This document shows positions 41,294 to 52,624 of a DNA stretch of 64,000 nt, one piece after another. Location of the stretch: NCBI GenBank assembly GCA_025355245.1, contig JANXZZ010000043.1, positions 18,016 through 82,015 of the forward strand, written 5' to 3'. The notes under the pieces are model-generated. The model ran no database searches and was not told where the DNA came from. It saw only the letters and a program-made list of their open reading frames with translations. Source of the stretch: Pseudomonadota bacterium. GTDB lineage: Bacteria > Pseudomonadota > Gammaproteobacteria > Steroidobacterales > Steroidobacteraceae. The position numbers and the translations under genes were made by a program. Every line of letters starts with the position of its first letter. The first letter of the stretch is position 1.

Positions 41294-44200
41294 TGGCCGT
41301 CCCCCCGCGTCGCGCGCCAAACATGCGCAGGATCACGACGTAGAAGACCGGGATGAAGAAGACCCCTAGGAAGGTGCCGGCGAGCACGCCGCCGACGACT
41401 CCCGTTCCGATGGCGCGCTGCGCGCCGGCGCCGGCGCCGGAGGCGAGAGCGAGTGGCAGAACACCGAGCCCGAAGGCAAGGGACGTCATCAGGATCGGCC
41501 GCAGGCGGTCCTTGACGGCGTGCAGGGTCGCCTCGAGCAGCTCCATGCCGGCGTGGAGATTCGCTTGCGCGAACTCGACGATCAGGATCGCGTTTTTGCT
41601 GGTCAATCCGATCGTGGTCAGCATGCCCACCTGGAAATAGACGTCGCTCTCAAGTCCGCGTGCGCTCGAGGCCAGCACCGCACCGATTACGCCGAGCGGA
41701 ACCGCGAGCAGGATCGAGGTCGGAATCAGCCAGCTCTCGTAGAGCGCCGCCAGACACAGGAAAATCACGATCAGCGAGAGCGCGTAGAGTGCAGGCTTCT
41801 GCGAGCCCGCCGAGCGCTCCTCATACGACTGCCCGGCCCACTGGACTCCGAAACCGGGCGGCAACTGGCCCACGAGGCGGTCGATCTCTGCCATCGCCGC
41901 GCCCGAGCTCACGCCGGGCGCCGCGTCGCCACCGATCTCGATAGCCGACGCGCCATTGAATCGCTGCAGACGCGGGGAACCGAATTCCCAGTGCGAGCGT
42001 GCGAACGCGGATACCGGCACCATCCCGCCAGCCGCGTTCCGGACGTACCAGCGGTCGAGGTCCTCCGGGTTCATGCGAAACGGCGCATCCGCCTGCAGGT
42101 AGACGCGCTTGACTCGCGCGCGATCGATGAAGTCGTCGATGTAGCGACCGCCCCAGGCGACGGCGAGCGTGTTATTGACGTCGTTGAGCGAAAGTCCGAG
42201 CGCACTCACCCGGGTCTCGTCGACGTCGATCCGGAACTGCGGCGCGTCCTCCTGGCCGTTAGGGCGAACGCCCGCGAGCAGCTTGCTCTTGCTCGCCATG
42301 CCGAGCAGCTGATTGCGCGCCGCCATCAGTGCCGCATGCCCCTGGCCGAGGTTATCGCGCAAGAAAAAATCGAAACCGCCGGTGGTGCCGAGGCCCTGAA
42401 CCGACGGCGGCGCGATGACGAATGCCATGACGTCCTTGAGCTGCATCATCGCGCCCATCGCGCGGCCGGCGATAGCCTGTGCGCTCAGCGCTTGTGTCTT
42501 GCGCTCTTCCCAGTCCTTGAGGAGGATGAAGCCGAAACCCATGTTCTGACCGGCGCCGTTGAAGCTGAACCCGCCGACCGTGAAGATCGACTTGATTGAA
42601 TTCTTCTCGTCATCCAGGAAGTAATGCTGGATCTGGTCGAGCGACTTGAGAGTCCGTTCCTGCGTCGCGCCCGCGGGCGCCTGCACCAGCGCGAAGAGAT
42701 ATGCCTGGTCCTCGACGGGGATGAACGACGTGGGCATCCGCAGCAGTAGGAATGCCATCACGGCGGCGAGCGCGAGAAACGCGAGCATCCAGCGCCGCGT
42801 CCCCTGCAGCATGCGTCCGACAAAGCCCTGGTAGCTTTCCTTGGCCCGCTCGAAATGCCGGTTGAACCACACGAAGAATGCGGGGACCGCCTCGTGACCC
42901 GACTCGGGCAGCGGCCTGAGCAGCGTTGCGCAGAGGGCAGGAGTCAGGATCAGCGCGACGACAACCGAGAGCGCCATCGCTGACACGATCGTCACGGAGA
43001 ACTGCCGGTAGATGACGCCGGTGGATCCGGCAAGGAACGCCATCGGCAGGAAGACCGCGGAGAGGACCGTCGCGATGCCGACGAGAGCCCCGGTGATCTG
43101 CCCCATCGACTTGCGCGTCGCCTCGAGCGGCGAGAGGCGTTCCTGGCTCATCACGCGTTCGACGTTCTCGACGACCACGATCGCATCGTCGACCAACAGG
43201 CCGATCGCGAGGACCATGGCGAACATGGTCAGCATGTTGATCGAAAAACCGAACATGGCGAGCACGCCGAAGGTGCCAAGCAGCACCACGGGCACCGCGA
43301 TCGTCGGGATCAGCGTCGCGCGGAAGTTCTGCAGAAAGAGGTACATCACGAGGAAGACGAGGAGCACCGCCTCCAAAAGTGTCTTAATGACCTCGTGGAT
43401 CGAGGCGCGCACGAACGGGGTCGTGTCGAACGGGAAGATCACCTTGAGGCCGGCCGGGAAGCTTGGCTTCAGCTGTTCCATCAACGCCTCGACGCCGCGG
43501 GCGGTGTCGAGCGCGTTGGCGTTGGTCGCGAGCGAGACCGCGACTCCCGTGGCCGGCACGCCGTTGTAGCGCGCGGAGAAGCTGTAGTCGGCCGAGCCGA
43601 GCCCGACGCGGGCGATGTCGCCGAGCCGCAGCGGCGCCGCGCCTGCATTGCTGCGGATCACGATCGCGCGAAACTGCTCGGCGGTCTGCAGGCGCCCACG
43701 CGCCGTGATCGTCGCATTCAGTTGCTGGCCGGGAACGGCCGGGACGCCGCCCAGCTGTCCCACCGACACCTGCGCGTTTTGCGCGGTGATCGCCGCGGTG
43801 ACGTCGGCGGGAGTCAGCGAGTAGGTCGCGAGTTTATTGGGATCGAGCCAGATACGCATCGCGTACTTGGCGCCAAACTGCTGCAGGTTGCCCACGCCCT
43901 GGACCCGTCCGAGCGGCTCGATGACGTTGGAAGCGACGAAGTCCGCCATATCCGAGGCATCGAGCTTGCCGTCCTCCGAAATGAATCCGACGGCCATCAG
44001 GAAGCTGGCGTTGGCCTTCGTGACGACGAGCCCTTGTTGCTGGACGATCGCAGGCAGAAGCGGCGTCGCGTTCTGGAGCTTGTTCTGGACCTGGACCTGG
44101 GCGATGTCGGGATTGGTATTGCTCGAGAACGTGAGCGTCACCGTGACGCCGCCGTAGGCGTCACTGATCGATGACATGTAGAGCAGGCCGTCGAGCCCCG

Positions 44201-44408
44201 TCATGCTCTGTTCTATGATCTGCGTGACCGACTCCTCGACCGTCTGCGCTGCCGCGCCCGGGTACGACGCCGCGATCGTCACCGCAGGCGGCGCGATCGT
44301 CGGGTATTGCGAGATCGGCAGACGCGCGATCGAGACGGCGCCGCCGATCATGATCAGGATTGCGATCACCCACGCGAAGATCGGCCGGTCGATGAAGAAC
44401 CGAGACAT
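41286..44408 (-). CDS. RND multidrug efflux permease (AcrB/MexB, HAE1 family)
   Basis: ORF 41286..44408, 1040 aa. [23 protein letters not shown] is the canonical N-terminus. Confidence 0.95.
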   Translation of the reverse strand: MSRFFIDRPIFAWVIAILIMIGGAVSIARLPISQYPTIAPPAVTIAASYPGAAAQTVEESVTQIIEQSMTGLDGLLYMSSISDAYGGVTVTLTFSSNTNPDIAQVQVQNKLQNATPLLPAIVQQQGLVVTKANASFLMAVGFISEDGKLDASDMADFVASNVIEPLGRVQGVGNLQQFGAKYAMRIWLDPNKLATYSLTPADVTAAITAQNAQVSVGQLGGVPAVPGQQLNATITARGRLQTAEQFRAIVIRSNAGAAPLRLGDIARVGLGSADYSFSARYNGVPATGVAVSLATNANALDTARGVEALMEQLKPSFPAGLKVIFPFDTTPFVRASIHEVIKTLLEAVLLVFLVMYLFLQNFRATLIPTIAVPVVLLGTFGVLAMFGFSINMLTMFAMVLAIGLLVDDAIVVVENVERVMSQERLSPLEATRKSMGQITGALVGIATVLSAVFLPMAFLAGSTGVIYRQFSVTIVSAMALSVVVALILTPALCATLLRPLPESGHEAVPAFFVWFNRHFERAKESYQGFVGRMLQGTRRWMLAFLALAAVMAFLLLRMPTSFIPVEDQAYLFALVQAPAGATQERTLKSLDQIQHYFLDDEKNSIKSIFTVGGFSFNGAGQNMGFGFILLKDWEERKTQALSAQAIAGRAMGAMMQLKDVMAFVIAPPSVQGLGTTGGFDFFLRDNLGQGHAALMAARNQLLGMASKSKLLAGVRPNGQEDAPQFRIDVDETRVSALGLSLNDVNNTLAVAWGGRYIDDFIDRARVKRVYLQADAPFRMNPEDLDRWYVRNAAGGMVPVSAFARSHWEFGSPRLQRFNGASAIEIGGDAAPGVSSGAAMAEIDRLVGQLPPGFGVQWAGQSYEERSAGSQKPALYALSLIVIFLCLAALYESWLIPTSILLAVPLGVIGAVLASSARGLESDVYFQVGMLTTIGLTSKNAILIVEFAQANLHAGMELLEATLHAVKDRLRPILMTSLAFGLGVLPLALASGAGAGAQRAIGTGVVGGVLAGTFLGVFFIPVFYVVILRMFGARRGGTANA

Positions 44409-44423
44409 CCGGTGCCCCTCGGC

Positions 44424-45605
44424 TTACTTGGCCGGCGGCGCGGGCGCCGCGCCCGACGCCGTGGCGCCGCGCTCAACCGCCTGGACCGGCGCACCCGGGC
44501 GCACCTTCTGGAGCCCCTCGACGATCACCCGGTCGCCCGCCTTGAGCCCGGACTCGACCAGCCACTGATCGCCGATCGTGCGCGAGGCGGTCACGTTGCG
44601 AAGCTCGGCCTTGTCCTCGGCGCCCACGACCAGTGCCGTCGCACCGCCCTTCGGGTCGTGCGTGATGCCTTGTTGCGGCGCGAGGACCACGTTTTTCAAA
44701 TTGCCCTCGTCGATCACCGCCGTCACGAACATGCCCGGCAACAGGCGGCCCTCGGGATTCGGCACGACCGCGCGCACCACGAAACTGCCCGTGGTGGGAT
44801 CGACCGTCACGTCGGCGAACTGCAGGCTCCCCTCGTGCGAGAAGCGGGAACCGTCCTCGAGAACGATGGAAACGCGAGTGCCGCTACCGCCCGCGGTAAG
44901 GCGTCCCGCATCGATGTCCCTGCGCAGTCGCAGCCATTCGGCGCTCGACTGGCCGACCTCGACGTAGATCGGATCGAGCTGCTGAACAGTCGCGAGCGTG
45001 CCCGCCTGATTCGCGACCACGAGCGCACCCGGCGTTACAAAGGACTTGCCGATTCGGCCGGTGATGGGCGAGGTGATGCGTGTATAGGCGAGATTCACCC
45101 GGCTGCTCTCGACCGCCGCGCGCGCCGATGCCGCATCGGCTCCGGCCTGTCCGAGCGTCGCGACCGCGTTTTCGTTGTCTTGCGTGCTGACGGCCTCGAT
45201 TTTCACGAGTTCGGCCGAGCGCGCTGCCGCGAGCCGCGCCGATACGAGCGTCGCCTCGGCCTTCGCGAGGGCCGCGACGCTGCTGTCGTACTGGGCGCGG
45301 TAAGCCGAGTCGTCGAGCTGGTAGAGCGTCTGGCCGGCCTTGACGGCGGCGCCCTCGTTGAATAGGCGCGCCTTCACGATGCCATTGGCCTGCGGGCGTA
45401 CATCGGCGACCAGGAACGCGCTCGTCCTCCCGGGCAGCTCCCGGGTTAACGTCACCGTCGCAGTCTTCAACGTGACGACCGTAACGGGCGCCGCGCCGCC
45501 CTGCGGGAAGCCGGGTCCCTTCGCACCACACGCGGCGATCAGGCAGGCGAGGACGCCGAGGCCCGGAAGGAGCGAGGCTTTGCGGGACATTCGGGAGGCG
45601 CGCAT
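44424..45605 (-). CDS. RND efflux periplasmic adaptor (AcrA/MexA family) lipoprotein
   Basis: ORF 44424..45605. Lipobox LIAAC. Coiled-coil hairpin and beta-barrel blocks. The stop lies 15 nt before the RND start. Confidence 0.9.
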   Translation of the reverse strand: MRASRMSRKASLLPGLGVLACLIAACGAKGPGFPQGGAAPVTVVTLKTATVTLTRELPGRTSAFLVADVRPQANGIVKARLFNEGAAVKAGQTLYQLDDSAYRAQYDSSVAALAKAEATLVSARLAAARSAELVKIEAVSTQDNENAVATLGQAGADAASARAAVESSRVNLAYTRITSPITGRIGKSFVTPGALVVANQAGTLATVQQLDPIYVEVGQSSAEWLRLRRDIDAGRLTAGGSGTRVSIVLEDGSRFSHEGSLQFADVTVDPTTGSFVVRAVVPNPEGRLLPGMFVTAVIDEGNLKNVVLAPQQGITHDPKGGATALVVGAEDKAELRNVTASRTIGDQWLVESGLKAGDRVIVEGLQKVRPGAPVQAVERGATASGAAPAPPAK

Positions 45606-45755
45606 CGAATTTCCTTATTCAGCGGTGTCCCGGCGTGTTCGCCGCAGTTCCGCGCCGGATCAGCGTCAATCGGCTCTCAATCGCCGACAAAATTGGAGGA
45701 CCCAAGAGCGCGAACTTCCTAGGGACCACCCGTAGAGTGCCGATTTCGAGGCATC

Positions 45756-45781
45756 TTGACAATATGGTCTAATATTGTCAA
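45756..45781. promoter_or_regulatory. Candidate TetR operator overlapping a TTGACA -35-like hexamer
   Basis: TTGACAATAT-GGTCTA-ATATTGTCAA: perfect 10-bp arms with a 6-nt spacer, in the AT-rich divergent region between the adaptor gene and the TetR gene, 11 nt upstream of the TetR ATG. Confidence 0.6.
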
Positions 45782-45791
45782 TCATGTACAA

Positions 45792-46397
45792 ATGGATCTA
45801 GAGGAAGTCGCGAGTCCGCCGGCCGCCGCGGAGAATCGACGCGGGCAGCTACTCGAAGCGGCGCTGGGCGTGTTTGCGCGACACGGTTACCGCAAGACCT
45901 CGATGGACGACGTCGCGACCGTGGCGGGCGTCTCTCGGCAGGGTCTCTATCTCCACTTTCCGAACAAGGAAGAGTTGTTCCGAACCGCCGTCCAGCATGC
46001 GCTCAGGCGTTCGCAGCTCAACGTCAGCGAGGTACTGGCAGCGCCCGGCGTCTCCCTCGAAGAGCGTCTGGTCGGTGCCTTTGATACCTGGGTCGGCCAG
46101 TTCGTAGAAGCCGTCGGCTCCGATGTCGATGATCTCGTATCGGCGTGCCGCACGCTTCTCGGTGAGGCGGTCGACGAGGAAAAGCGGGTGTTTGCCGACA
46201 AGATCGCGTCGGCTCTCGACGCGGCGGGGCTCGCGAAGCGCTACCGTCGGGCGGGCCTCACGGCGGCTGATCTGGCCTCGACGCTCTGCGCTACCGCAGA
46301 CGGCCTCAAGGGCACGCACACGACCCGTCCCGCGTTCGTGGACGCCATGCGCGTCGCTATCCGGGCGCTCTGCCTGCCGCTTCGCTCGCCCGGATAG
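45792..46397 (+). CDS. TetR/AcrR family transcriptional repressor
   Basis: Part of ORF 45756..46397, ATG at 45792. RRGQLLEAALGVFARHGYRKTSMDDVATVAGVSRQGLYLHFPNKEELF. Confidence 0.9.
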   Translation: MDLEEVASPPAAAENRRGQLLEAALGVFARHGYRKTSMDDVATVAGVSRQGLYLHFPNKEELFRTAVQHALRRSQLNVSEVLAAPGVSLEERLVGAFDTWVGQFVEAVGSDVDDLVSACRTLLGEAVDEEKRVFADKIASALDAAGLAKRYRRAGLTAADLASTLCATADGLKGTHTTRPAFVDAMRVAIRALCLPLRSPG

Positions 46398-46414
46398 CGG
46401 GTCCTCGATTCTCG

Positions 46415-47671
46415 CTATTTCGAGAGCGTCGCCCCCGTGAGCCGCGCGATCGCGCCGAGCGTCGTCTGCGCGGCGTTGAGACCGAGCCTGAAGTCCGAAT
46501 CGCCGAAGCTCGTATACACATCGGTCGGCTGGTGCCAGTGCGGATCCCAGCCGGCGCCGATCTCGCGACCGCGCTCGTTCTCCCGCAAGCTGATCGCAGG
46601 CACTAGGTCCATGAACGGCGTGCTGTCGGTGTTGGTCATGTGCGGACCGACGGCCGCCGGATAGTCGGTCGCGTAGGTCTCATTGGCCGCGACGAAAGCC
46701 CACGCGAGCCTCTGCGCGGCCTCCGCCTGCTTCGCACTCTGCTGGAATTCGACGTTCACGTCGGCCTCCGGCCGTTGCTCCTTCGCGACGCTGCCGTCCG
46801 CGCGCGGCATGCCGTGATCGAACATCATCATGTCGTGCTGGATCATCCCCAGCCAGCGGGGCTCGGGATACTTTCCGGAGGCGGCCGGATCCTCCTGGCC
46901 CTGCAGGGCGGCACGCTGCGCCACGTACGCGCGCGCGCCATTCAGCCCCGTTTCCTCGTTGTTCCACAGCGCGAACCGAATCGAGCGCTCGGTCGTGACG
47001 TCGGGAGAGGCAAAGATCCTCGCGAGTTCCATGACGAGCGCGGTCCCGGAACCGTCATCGTTTGCGGCTTCGCCCCAGCCGTGGCCGTCCATGTGCGCAC
47101 TCACGATGTACATCTCATCGGGGTGCGTCGTGCCCACTTTCGTGCAATAGACTTCCTCGCGCTCGCCGTCGGTGCTCGGCTGAGAGTTCAACGCGCGAAG
47201 CGCGGCATCGGGTTGCAGCAGAGGATCGGCGTTGACACCCGTGTGGGCACGAACGCCGCGGAAGCGCGCGCCGCCCTGCGCCGCGTCAGGACTGCGCGCG
47301 ACCGCCGGGCCACTCGGCGCGCGGGGTTCCGCCGCCGCGTATTGGTAGCGGATGCGGCTTGTGTTCGCGCAACCGTAGCTCTTCAGCTGCGTCTCGATCC
47401 AGTCGACCGCCGCCCGGTTGCGGTCCGTCCCCTGGCGGCGATCACCGAATTTAGTCAGGCCCTTGATCGTGGCCTTGTATTTTTCGAGATCAAGCCGACC
47501 CACCATCGCCTTGATTGGATCATCGCCGCTATCGACCGGTGCAGGTGTCACCTGGGCGGAGGCGAGCGACGCGAACGCGACGCCCATGGCCGATGTAAGC
47601 CACTGGGCCCGCACGCGGGTCTCCGCGCGGCTCCGGCGGGCGCCGCCGCGCTGATGTTCATGTGAGGCCAT
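46415..47671 (-). CDS. M28 family aminopeptidase, exported
   Basis: ORF 46415..47671. Signal-like WLTSAMGVAFASLASAQ. Motif YIVSAHMDGHGWGEAANDDGSGTALVMELARIF. Confidence 0.85.
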   Translation of the reverse strand: MASHEHQRGGARRSRAETRVRAQWLTSAMGVAFASLASAQVTPAPVDSGDDPIKAMVGRLDLEKYKATIKGLTKFGDRRQGTDRNRAAVDWIETQLKSYGCANTSRIRYQYAAAEPRAPSGPAVARSPDAAQGGARFRGVRAHTGVNADPLLQPDAALRALNSQPSTDGEREEVYCTKVGTTHPDEMYIVSAHMDGHGWGEAANDDGSGTALVMELARIFASPDVTTERSIRFALWNNEETGLNGARAYVAQRAALQGQEDPAASGKYPEPRWLGMIQHDMMMFDHGMPRADGSVAKEQRPEADVNVEFQQSAKQAEAAQRLAWAFVAANETYATDYPAAVGPHMTNTDSTPFMDLVPAISLRENERGREIGAGWDPHWHQPTDVYTSFGDSDFRLGLNAAQTTLGAIARLTGATLSK

Positions 47672-47785
47672 CGCGACTCCCCTTACGCTGCAGCGGTTTT
47701 GCCGCGATTGGGTTCGCGGAGCCGCGCACGACTATAGCCGCAAATCCGGGCCGCGCAGAGAGCGGCTCGCCGTATGCCCGCTCGG

Positions 47786-49546
47786 CTACTCGATTGCGGC
47801 GACCCACACGCCAAAAGGCGGCACTTTCGCGTCGTGCAATGACGCGGTCTTCGACGCTGCATTGGCGCTCGACATCAAGGTCTCCGTGACGATGCCTTTC
47901 AGACCGGCCCCGCCGACGTCGAGTGAAACCGTCTGCGGTGTCGCCGACATGTTGAGGACGACGACAACGGCGGCTCCGGAAGGTGCGACGCGCAAGTAGG
48001 AGAGAACATTCGGGTTCTGCTCATCGAGCATCGCGGCCGTGCCGTCCCGCAATGCCGGGTTCGTGCGCCTTAGGTCGATCAGCCGTCGGTGCCAATTCAA
48101 AAGCGACTCCGGGTCCTTAAGCTCCGACTGTACGTTGATCGTCTTGTAGTTCTGCGGGACCGGCAGCCACGATTTGGCGCCTGTGCTGAAACCCGCTTGC
48201 CCATTGGTTGCGTCCCACTGCATCGGCGTGCGCTCGCCGTCGCGTCCCTTCTCTTTCGGCCAGCCGGTGACTCCGATCGGGTCGCGCACGTCCTCGATTC
48301 GCGTTGGGACCATCGTGCGCTGGCCGATTTCCTCGCCCTGATAGAGGAGAGCAGTGGCCTTAGACGTCAGCAGAAGCGCCGCGACGAGTCTTGCGATCTG
48401 CGCATCGTGAAACCCGTCGCCGTAGCGCTCCCAGCTGCGCTGATTATCGTGGTTGTCGAAAACCAGGAGAGGTTGCGAGCCATGAATTTGGCTATAGACC
48501 TCGGCCAGTAAGCTGCGAAAGTGTGGAGCGCTCAGCTTGTTCGAGAATCCGACCAGCATGTCCATCGGCAGTTGCAATTCGTCATGGTTTGCACCGCCAT
48601 ACCACTTGTCGAGCGATGCCGTATCGGGCAGGTAAGTTTCACCGACAAGCACGCGCTCGCCGGGATATGCGCTGACGAGCGACCGCATGCGGCGCATCGT
48701 GGCATGCAACTCGGGCAAGTTTTCGGTGTAGATGTGATCGAGATTCGCATCGCCCTGCGCATTAATGCCTGGCAGCACCGGCTCGTCCTTGAGCGCGGGG
48801 TCTTCGAACAGAGTCGGCACGGCATCGAGGCGGAATCCGGCCACACCGCGATCGAGCCAGAATCGCATTGCCGAAAACATTGCGTCTTCAACGGCGGGAT
48901 TTCGCCAGTTGAGGTCCGGCTGCTGCTTGTAGAATTTATGGTAGTAGTACTGTTTCACTGCGGGAACCCATTCCCACGCCGAGCCGCCGAACAGGCTCAC
49001 CCAGTTATTGGGCGGGTGCATCGCGCCGTCCGGGCCCCGCTTGCCGTCGCTCCACACGTACCAATCGTGCTCGCGCGCGGTGCGCGAGCGCGCCGAGTTG
49101 ACGAACCAGGGATGCCTGTCCGAAGTGTGGTTGAGCACCATGTCGATGATGACGCCGATGTGCCGCTTCCTTGCCTCGGCGATCAAGCGATCGAAGTCGG
49201 CGAGTGAGCCGTATTGTGGATCGACGGCCTCGTAATTTGAAATGTCGTAGCCGAAGTCGACCTGCGGTGACGGGAACATGGGCGAGACCCAGATCGCATC
49301 GACGCCGAGATCGCGCAGGTAATCGAGCCGCTGCGTGATTCCGTTAACGTCGCCGACGCCGTCACCGTCGGAGTCCTGGAAACTGCGCACGTAGATTTCG
49401 TAGATGACGGCGCGTTTCCACCATTCAAGCTCCCGCTGCTTTGTCGCACCTGAATCCGCGACGGGCGGGCCCGGCGGGATCTGTGACGGTGCGCTGCCGA
49501 CGACGAACGCAAGGAGCACGGCGGCAAGCGGAGCAAAACGGGTCAT
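47786..49546 (-). CDS. GH13 alpha-glucosidase (oligo-1,6-glucosidase/trehalose-6-P hydrolase-like), exported
   Basis: ORF 47786..49546. Signal peptide MTRFAPLAAVLLAFVVGSAP. GH13 regions DMVLNHTS, GFRLDAV, VGETY, FDNHDN. Confidence 0.9.
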   Translation of the reverse strand: MTRFAPLAAVLLAFVVGSAPSQIPPGPPVADSGATKQRELEWWKRAVIYEIYVRSFQDSDGDGVGDVNGITQRLDYLRDLGVDAIWVSPMFPSPQVDFGYDISNYEAVDPQYGSLADFDRLIAEARKRHIGVIIDMVLNHTSDRHPWFVNSARSRTAREHDWYVWSDGKRGPDGAMHPPNNWVSLFGGSAWEWVPAVKQYYYHKFYKQQPDLNWRNPAVEDAMFSAMRFWLDRGVAGFRLDAVPTLFEDPALKDEPVLPGINAQGDANLDHIYTENLPELHATMRRMRSLVSAYPGERVLVGETYLPDTASLDKWYGGANHDELQLPMDMLVGFSNKLSAPHFRSLLAEVYSQIHGSQPLLVFDNHDNQRSWERYGDGFHDAQIARLVAALLLTSKATALLYQGEEIGQRTMVPTRIEDVRDPIGVTGWPKEKGRDGERTPMQWDATNGQAGFSTGAKSWLPVPQNYKTINVQSELKDPESLLNWHRRLIDLRRTNPALRDGTAAMLDEQNPNVLSYLRVAPSGAAVVVVLNMSATPQTVSLDVGGAGLKGIVTETLMSSANAASKTASLHDAKVPPFGVWVAAIE

Positions 49547-49764
49547 GCAAACTCCTCAGTGCCGCTGTGCGCCGAAGCCCGGGCGATCGGCGACCAGTGC
49601 TGCACGCATGGTGAGTCTAACCTCGGCTTGGTCGGTCGCGGGCTACATTGACGCGCCGACCGGAGCCAGCCAGCACTCTTTCTTGTCGATCTAGACCGCC
49701 GAGCGGCGACCGGCCGAGCCGGTGCGCGCTCGATCGGGTTCTGGGCGACGCCGAACGCGGCCGG

Positions 49765-50307
49765 CTAGCGGCTTGCGCTGACGCGCTCGTGCGCGGAGAG
49801 TTTCCGGCATTCTTTCGCGAGCTGCCCGGCGAATTGTTCGATCGCGAGATGTGCGTCGCCCCACGGTGTCGCCGCCATCGAGATCGTCGAGAGGTCGGCG
49901 GCATAATGGCGCCAGCTAACCGCTCCAAGCACGCGTCCGTCCGCACCTTCGAACTGAGCTTCGAGCGAAGCGCCACCCCGGGACTTCGACCTCAAAAAAT
50001 CGAGTGCCGGGTTGGCAGCGAGCTGTGCCCGAGTGGGATGCGTCGGCGTCGCGTCCACGATCGCAATCCTGATGGCGATCGCCTCACCGCATTCCGACGT
50101 CAGCAATGCGGTCCGCACTGCCAAACCGACGTCGGAGCGCAGGGCGTCCGCCTCGGGAGCACCGTAAATTGAATGCAGTCTGGCATCGAGTGCAGGAGAT
50201 ATCGTCGCCGGTTCGATCTTGGCGCTCTCCGCCGCGAGCGACGAATGCGCCACCGTCGAGCAGACCAAGACCACCGCCATCCAATGAATTTGTACGCGAA
50301 TATCCAT
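49765..50307 (-). CDS. Hypothetical exported protein
   Basis: Distal part of ORF 49765..50373. ATG at 50307 follows GGAGAG. Signal peptide MDIRVQIHWMAVVLVCSTVAHSSLAA. Confidence 0.55.
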   Translation of the reverse strand: MDIRVQIHWMAVVLVCSTVAHSSLAAESAKIEPATISPALDARLHSIYGAPEADALRSDVGLAVRTALLTSECGEAIAIRIAIVDATPTHPTRAQLAANPALDFLRSKSRGGASLEAQFEGADGRVLGAVSWRHYAADLSTISMAATPWGDAHLAIEQFAGQLAKECRKLSAHERVSASR

Positions 50308-50520
50308 CGGCGTTCTCTCCGGACACGACAAATCAGCGAGTCGCTGAACGCGGGAGTCGCAGTTGGCCAACACAGTCTGCCTGGAGCGAGGCCGCCGCGT
50401 CTCGAATCATAAGCCGAGGCGGGCAGCGTGGAAATAGCGGTTAGACGCAGCACCGCTCCGGGCTATGCGACGTCGGTCAGCCTCGCCTGCCTGCCGGCCT
50501 GCACCCGGCAACCTTAACCG

Positions 50521-52356
50521 TTATTCGAGGGCAGGGTACGGCCCCTTGCCGTCTTCGGCGATGAAACGATCAATCCGCGCCTCGAGGACTGGCAGCGGGA
50601 CCGAGCCGAGCTCGAGCACCGTGTCGTGGAATGCACGAACGTTGAATCTCGACCCAAGCGCCTGTTCGGCCTTCGCGCGCGCCCGCTCGATGCTCATCTC
50701 GCCGAGGTAATAGGAGAGCGCCTGCGCCGGCCAAGCGATGTAGCGGTCGACCTCCGTTTCGATCTCGTGATCCGCGAGTGCGGTGTTGTCGTGTAAGTAT
50801 TTCTGCGCCTGCTCCCGGGTCCACCCCTTGGCGTGGATTCCCGTGTCGACGACGAGCCGGGCAGCGCGCCACATCTGGTAAGTGAGCATGCCGAATCGGG
50901 AATATGGCGTCTCGTACATGCCCATCTCGATTCCGAGCTTCTCGCAGTAGAGCGCCCAACCCTCGCCGAAGGCAGAGATATAGACTTTCTGGCGAAAGTC
51001 TGGCTGGTCCTTGTGTTCGAGCGCAATCGACATTTGAAACGCGTGGCCGGGCGCCGACTCGTGCAACGTCAGTGCTGTTTGCACGTAAAGGGGCCGGGAC
51101 GGCAAATCGTAGGTGTTTACCAGGTAGATTCCGGGCCCGCCGCGACCGCCCGTGTAGAAAGGCGCGAGATCCGCCGGTACCGGCTTGATCGCGAAGCGCG
51201 AGCGCGGCAGGTAGCCGAAGTAATCCTTGGCCTTGCCGTCGAATTCCTTCGCAATCCACGCCGCTCGCATGAGCAGCTCCTCCGGAGTCTTCGCGTAGAA
51301 CTGCGGATCGGTCCGAAGGAAGTGCAGGAAGGCGGGAAAATCACCCGTGAACGCGGTTTCCTTCATCACGGCGAGCATCTGCTCATGAATCTTCGCTACT
51401 TCCGACAGGCCAATCTGGTGGATCTGCTCGGGCGTCAGGTCGAGCGTCGTGAATTCCCTAATCTTCGCCTGGTAGTAGGCCTTTCCGTCCGGCAACCGCT
51501 CCGCGGCGAGCTCGCCGCGCGCGCTGGGAATGTATTTCTCGCGCATGAACACGAGCAGCGCCGCGTGCGCCGGAACCACCGACTCGCGGATTGCCTTGGC
51601 GCCCGCAGCGCGCAGCTCCGCCTGCGCGCCGGCCGGAATCACGGCGGGCATCTGCTTGAATGGCGCGTAGAACGGATTGGCCTCGACGCTCGGGGAGTCG
51701 GTCACGATCGTGATGGAGCGGTCCCGCCCAACGAGCGTGATTGCCGGTGGCGTGAAGCCGCGCGCAAGGCCGGCAGCCATGTTGGCAGTTTGCTCGCTGA
51801 AGTATCGCGGGAACTCGTTGAGTTGGCTCAGGTAGCGGGCGTAGTCCTGCTGCGTGTGAAAGGTCTTGCGCGCAGTGCTGACGAGGCTCGACCAAAACGA
51901 CGAGTCGGCGTTGAGCGGCTTCTCGTAGTCCTTGTATTCCTGCGCCGAAATCAGCACTTCTATCTGCTGGCGGTAGATTCCGTAATTTATGGCCTGTTCG
52001 CCCGACAGCTGCTGAACCGGCAGCGCCTTTAGTCTTCCGAGCACGTCCTTCCAGCAAGCGAGGCGCATATCCTGGGTCTTGAGGTCGACCCGCGGCAGGT
52101 GGCCGCTGATCGGCGCCGTCTCGTCGTCTTCTTCCTCGCCGCGGAACTCGGCCGAGCGCCACGCCCACTCGCGCGCGTAGACGGTCCTGAACTGAGCGTC
52201 GGCGGCGCCTTCCGGACGGGTGAGAACGATGCTCGCTCGGGGAGGCTTCCCGCAAGGGGCCGCGATCGCGGAGCCCGGAAGTCCCAACACCGTCAGGAGC
52301 AGCGGCGCGGCCGCGTACCGCAAGCCGCTGGAAATCGAACGAACCGAACGCGGCAT
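50521..52356 (-). CDS. DUF885 family exported protein, paralog 2
   Basis: ORF 50521..52356. Colinear by eye with 12024..13781 over the whole length (LTLHESAPGHAFQ, GEGWALYCE, EVDRYIAWPAQALSYYLGE, and a C-terminus GKGPYPALE versus GKGPYPDME). Confidence 0.85.
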   Translation of the reverse strand: MPRSVRSISSGLRYAAAPLLLTVLGLPGSAIAAPCGKPPRASIVLTRPEGAADAQFRTVYAREWAWRSAEFRGEEEDDETAPISGHLPRVDLKTQDMRLACWKDVLGRLKALPVQQLSGEQAINYGIYRQQIEVLISAQEYKDYEKPLNADSSFWSSLVSTARKTFHTQQDYARYLSQLNEFPRYFSEQTANMAAGLARGFTPPAITLVGRDRSITIVTDSPSVEANPFYAPFKQMPAVIPAGAQAELRAAGAKAIRESVVPAHAALLVFMREKYIPSARGELAAERLPDGKAYYQAKIREFTTLDLTPEQIHQIGLSEVAKIHEQMLAVMKETAFTGDFPAFLHFLRTDPQFYAKTPEELLMRAAWIAKEFDGKAKDYFGYLPRSRFAIKPVPADLAPFYTGGRGGPGIYLVNTYDLPSRPLYVQTALTLHESAPGHAFQMSIALEHKDQPDFRQKVYISAFGEGWALYCEKLGIEMGMYETPYSRFGMLTYQMWRAARLVVDTGIHAKGWTREQAQKYLHDNTALADHEIETEVDRYIAWPAQALSYYLGEMSIERARAKAEQALGSRFNVRAFHDTVLELGSVPLPVLEARIDRFIAEDGKGPYPALE

Positions 52357-52624
52357 TGGGTCACCTGTTGCTTTCAGGTTGGCGCGCAGCGATGTGTTCG
52401 CGCGACGGCCGGGTAGCGAGACGGCGTTGACCAGCGTCGACCGTCGCGGCGAATTATGCCCTCGCGCCGCCGCTCGCGGTGGCGATTCGCGGCCACCCGC
52501 GCGGTGCCGGGCGGCTCGTCAAGACCGAAGGGATTGCCGCGCGTGATGTAGACCCTGTGTCGGGTGGCTGCCGCCCGAGCGGATCGTGCATGATGACCGA
52601 CTGCGTGGTGGATGCCGGTTGCCG

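Noticed and set aside
52357-52624. Possible cobalamin or TPP riboswitch, or a Fur box, upstream of the TonB-dependent receptor.
   Set aside because: I could not find a B12 box (..AGYCMGGAGACCKGCC..-like), the TPP CUGAGA/ACCUGAUCUGGAUAAUGCCAGCG core, or a GATAATGATAATCATTATC-like Fur site. An Infernal scan would be needed to be certain.
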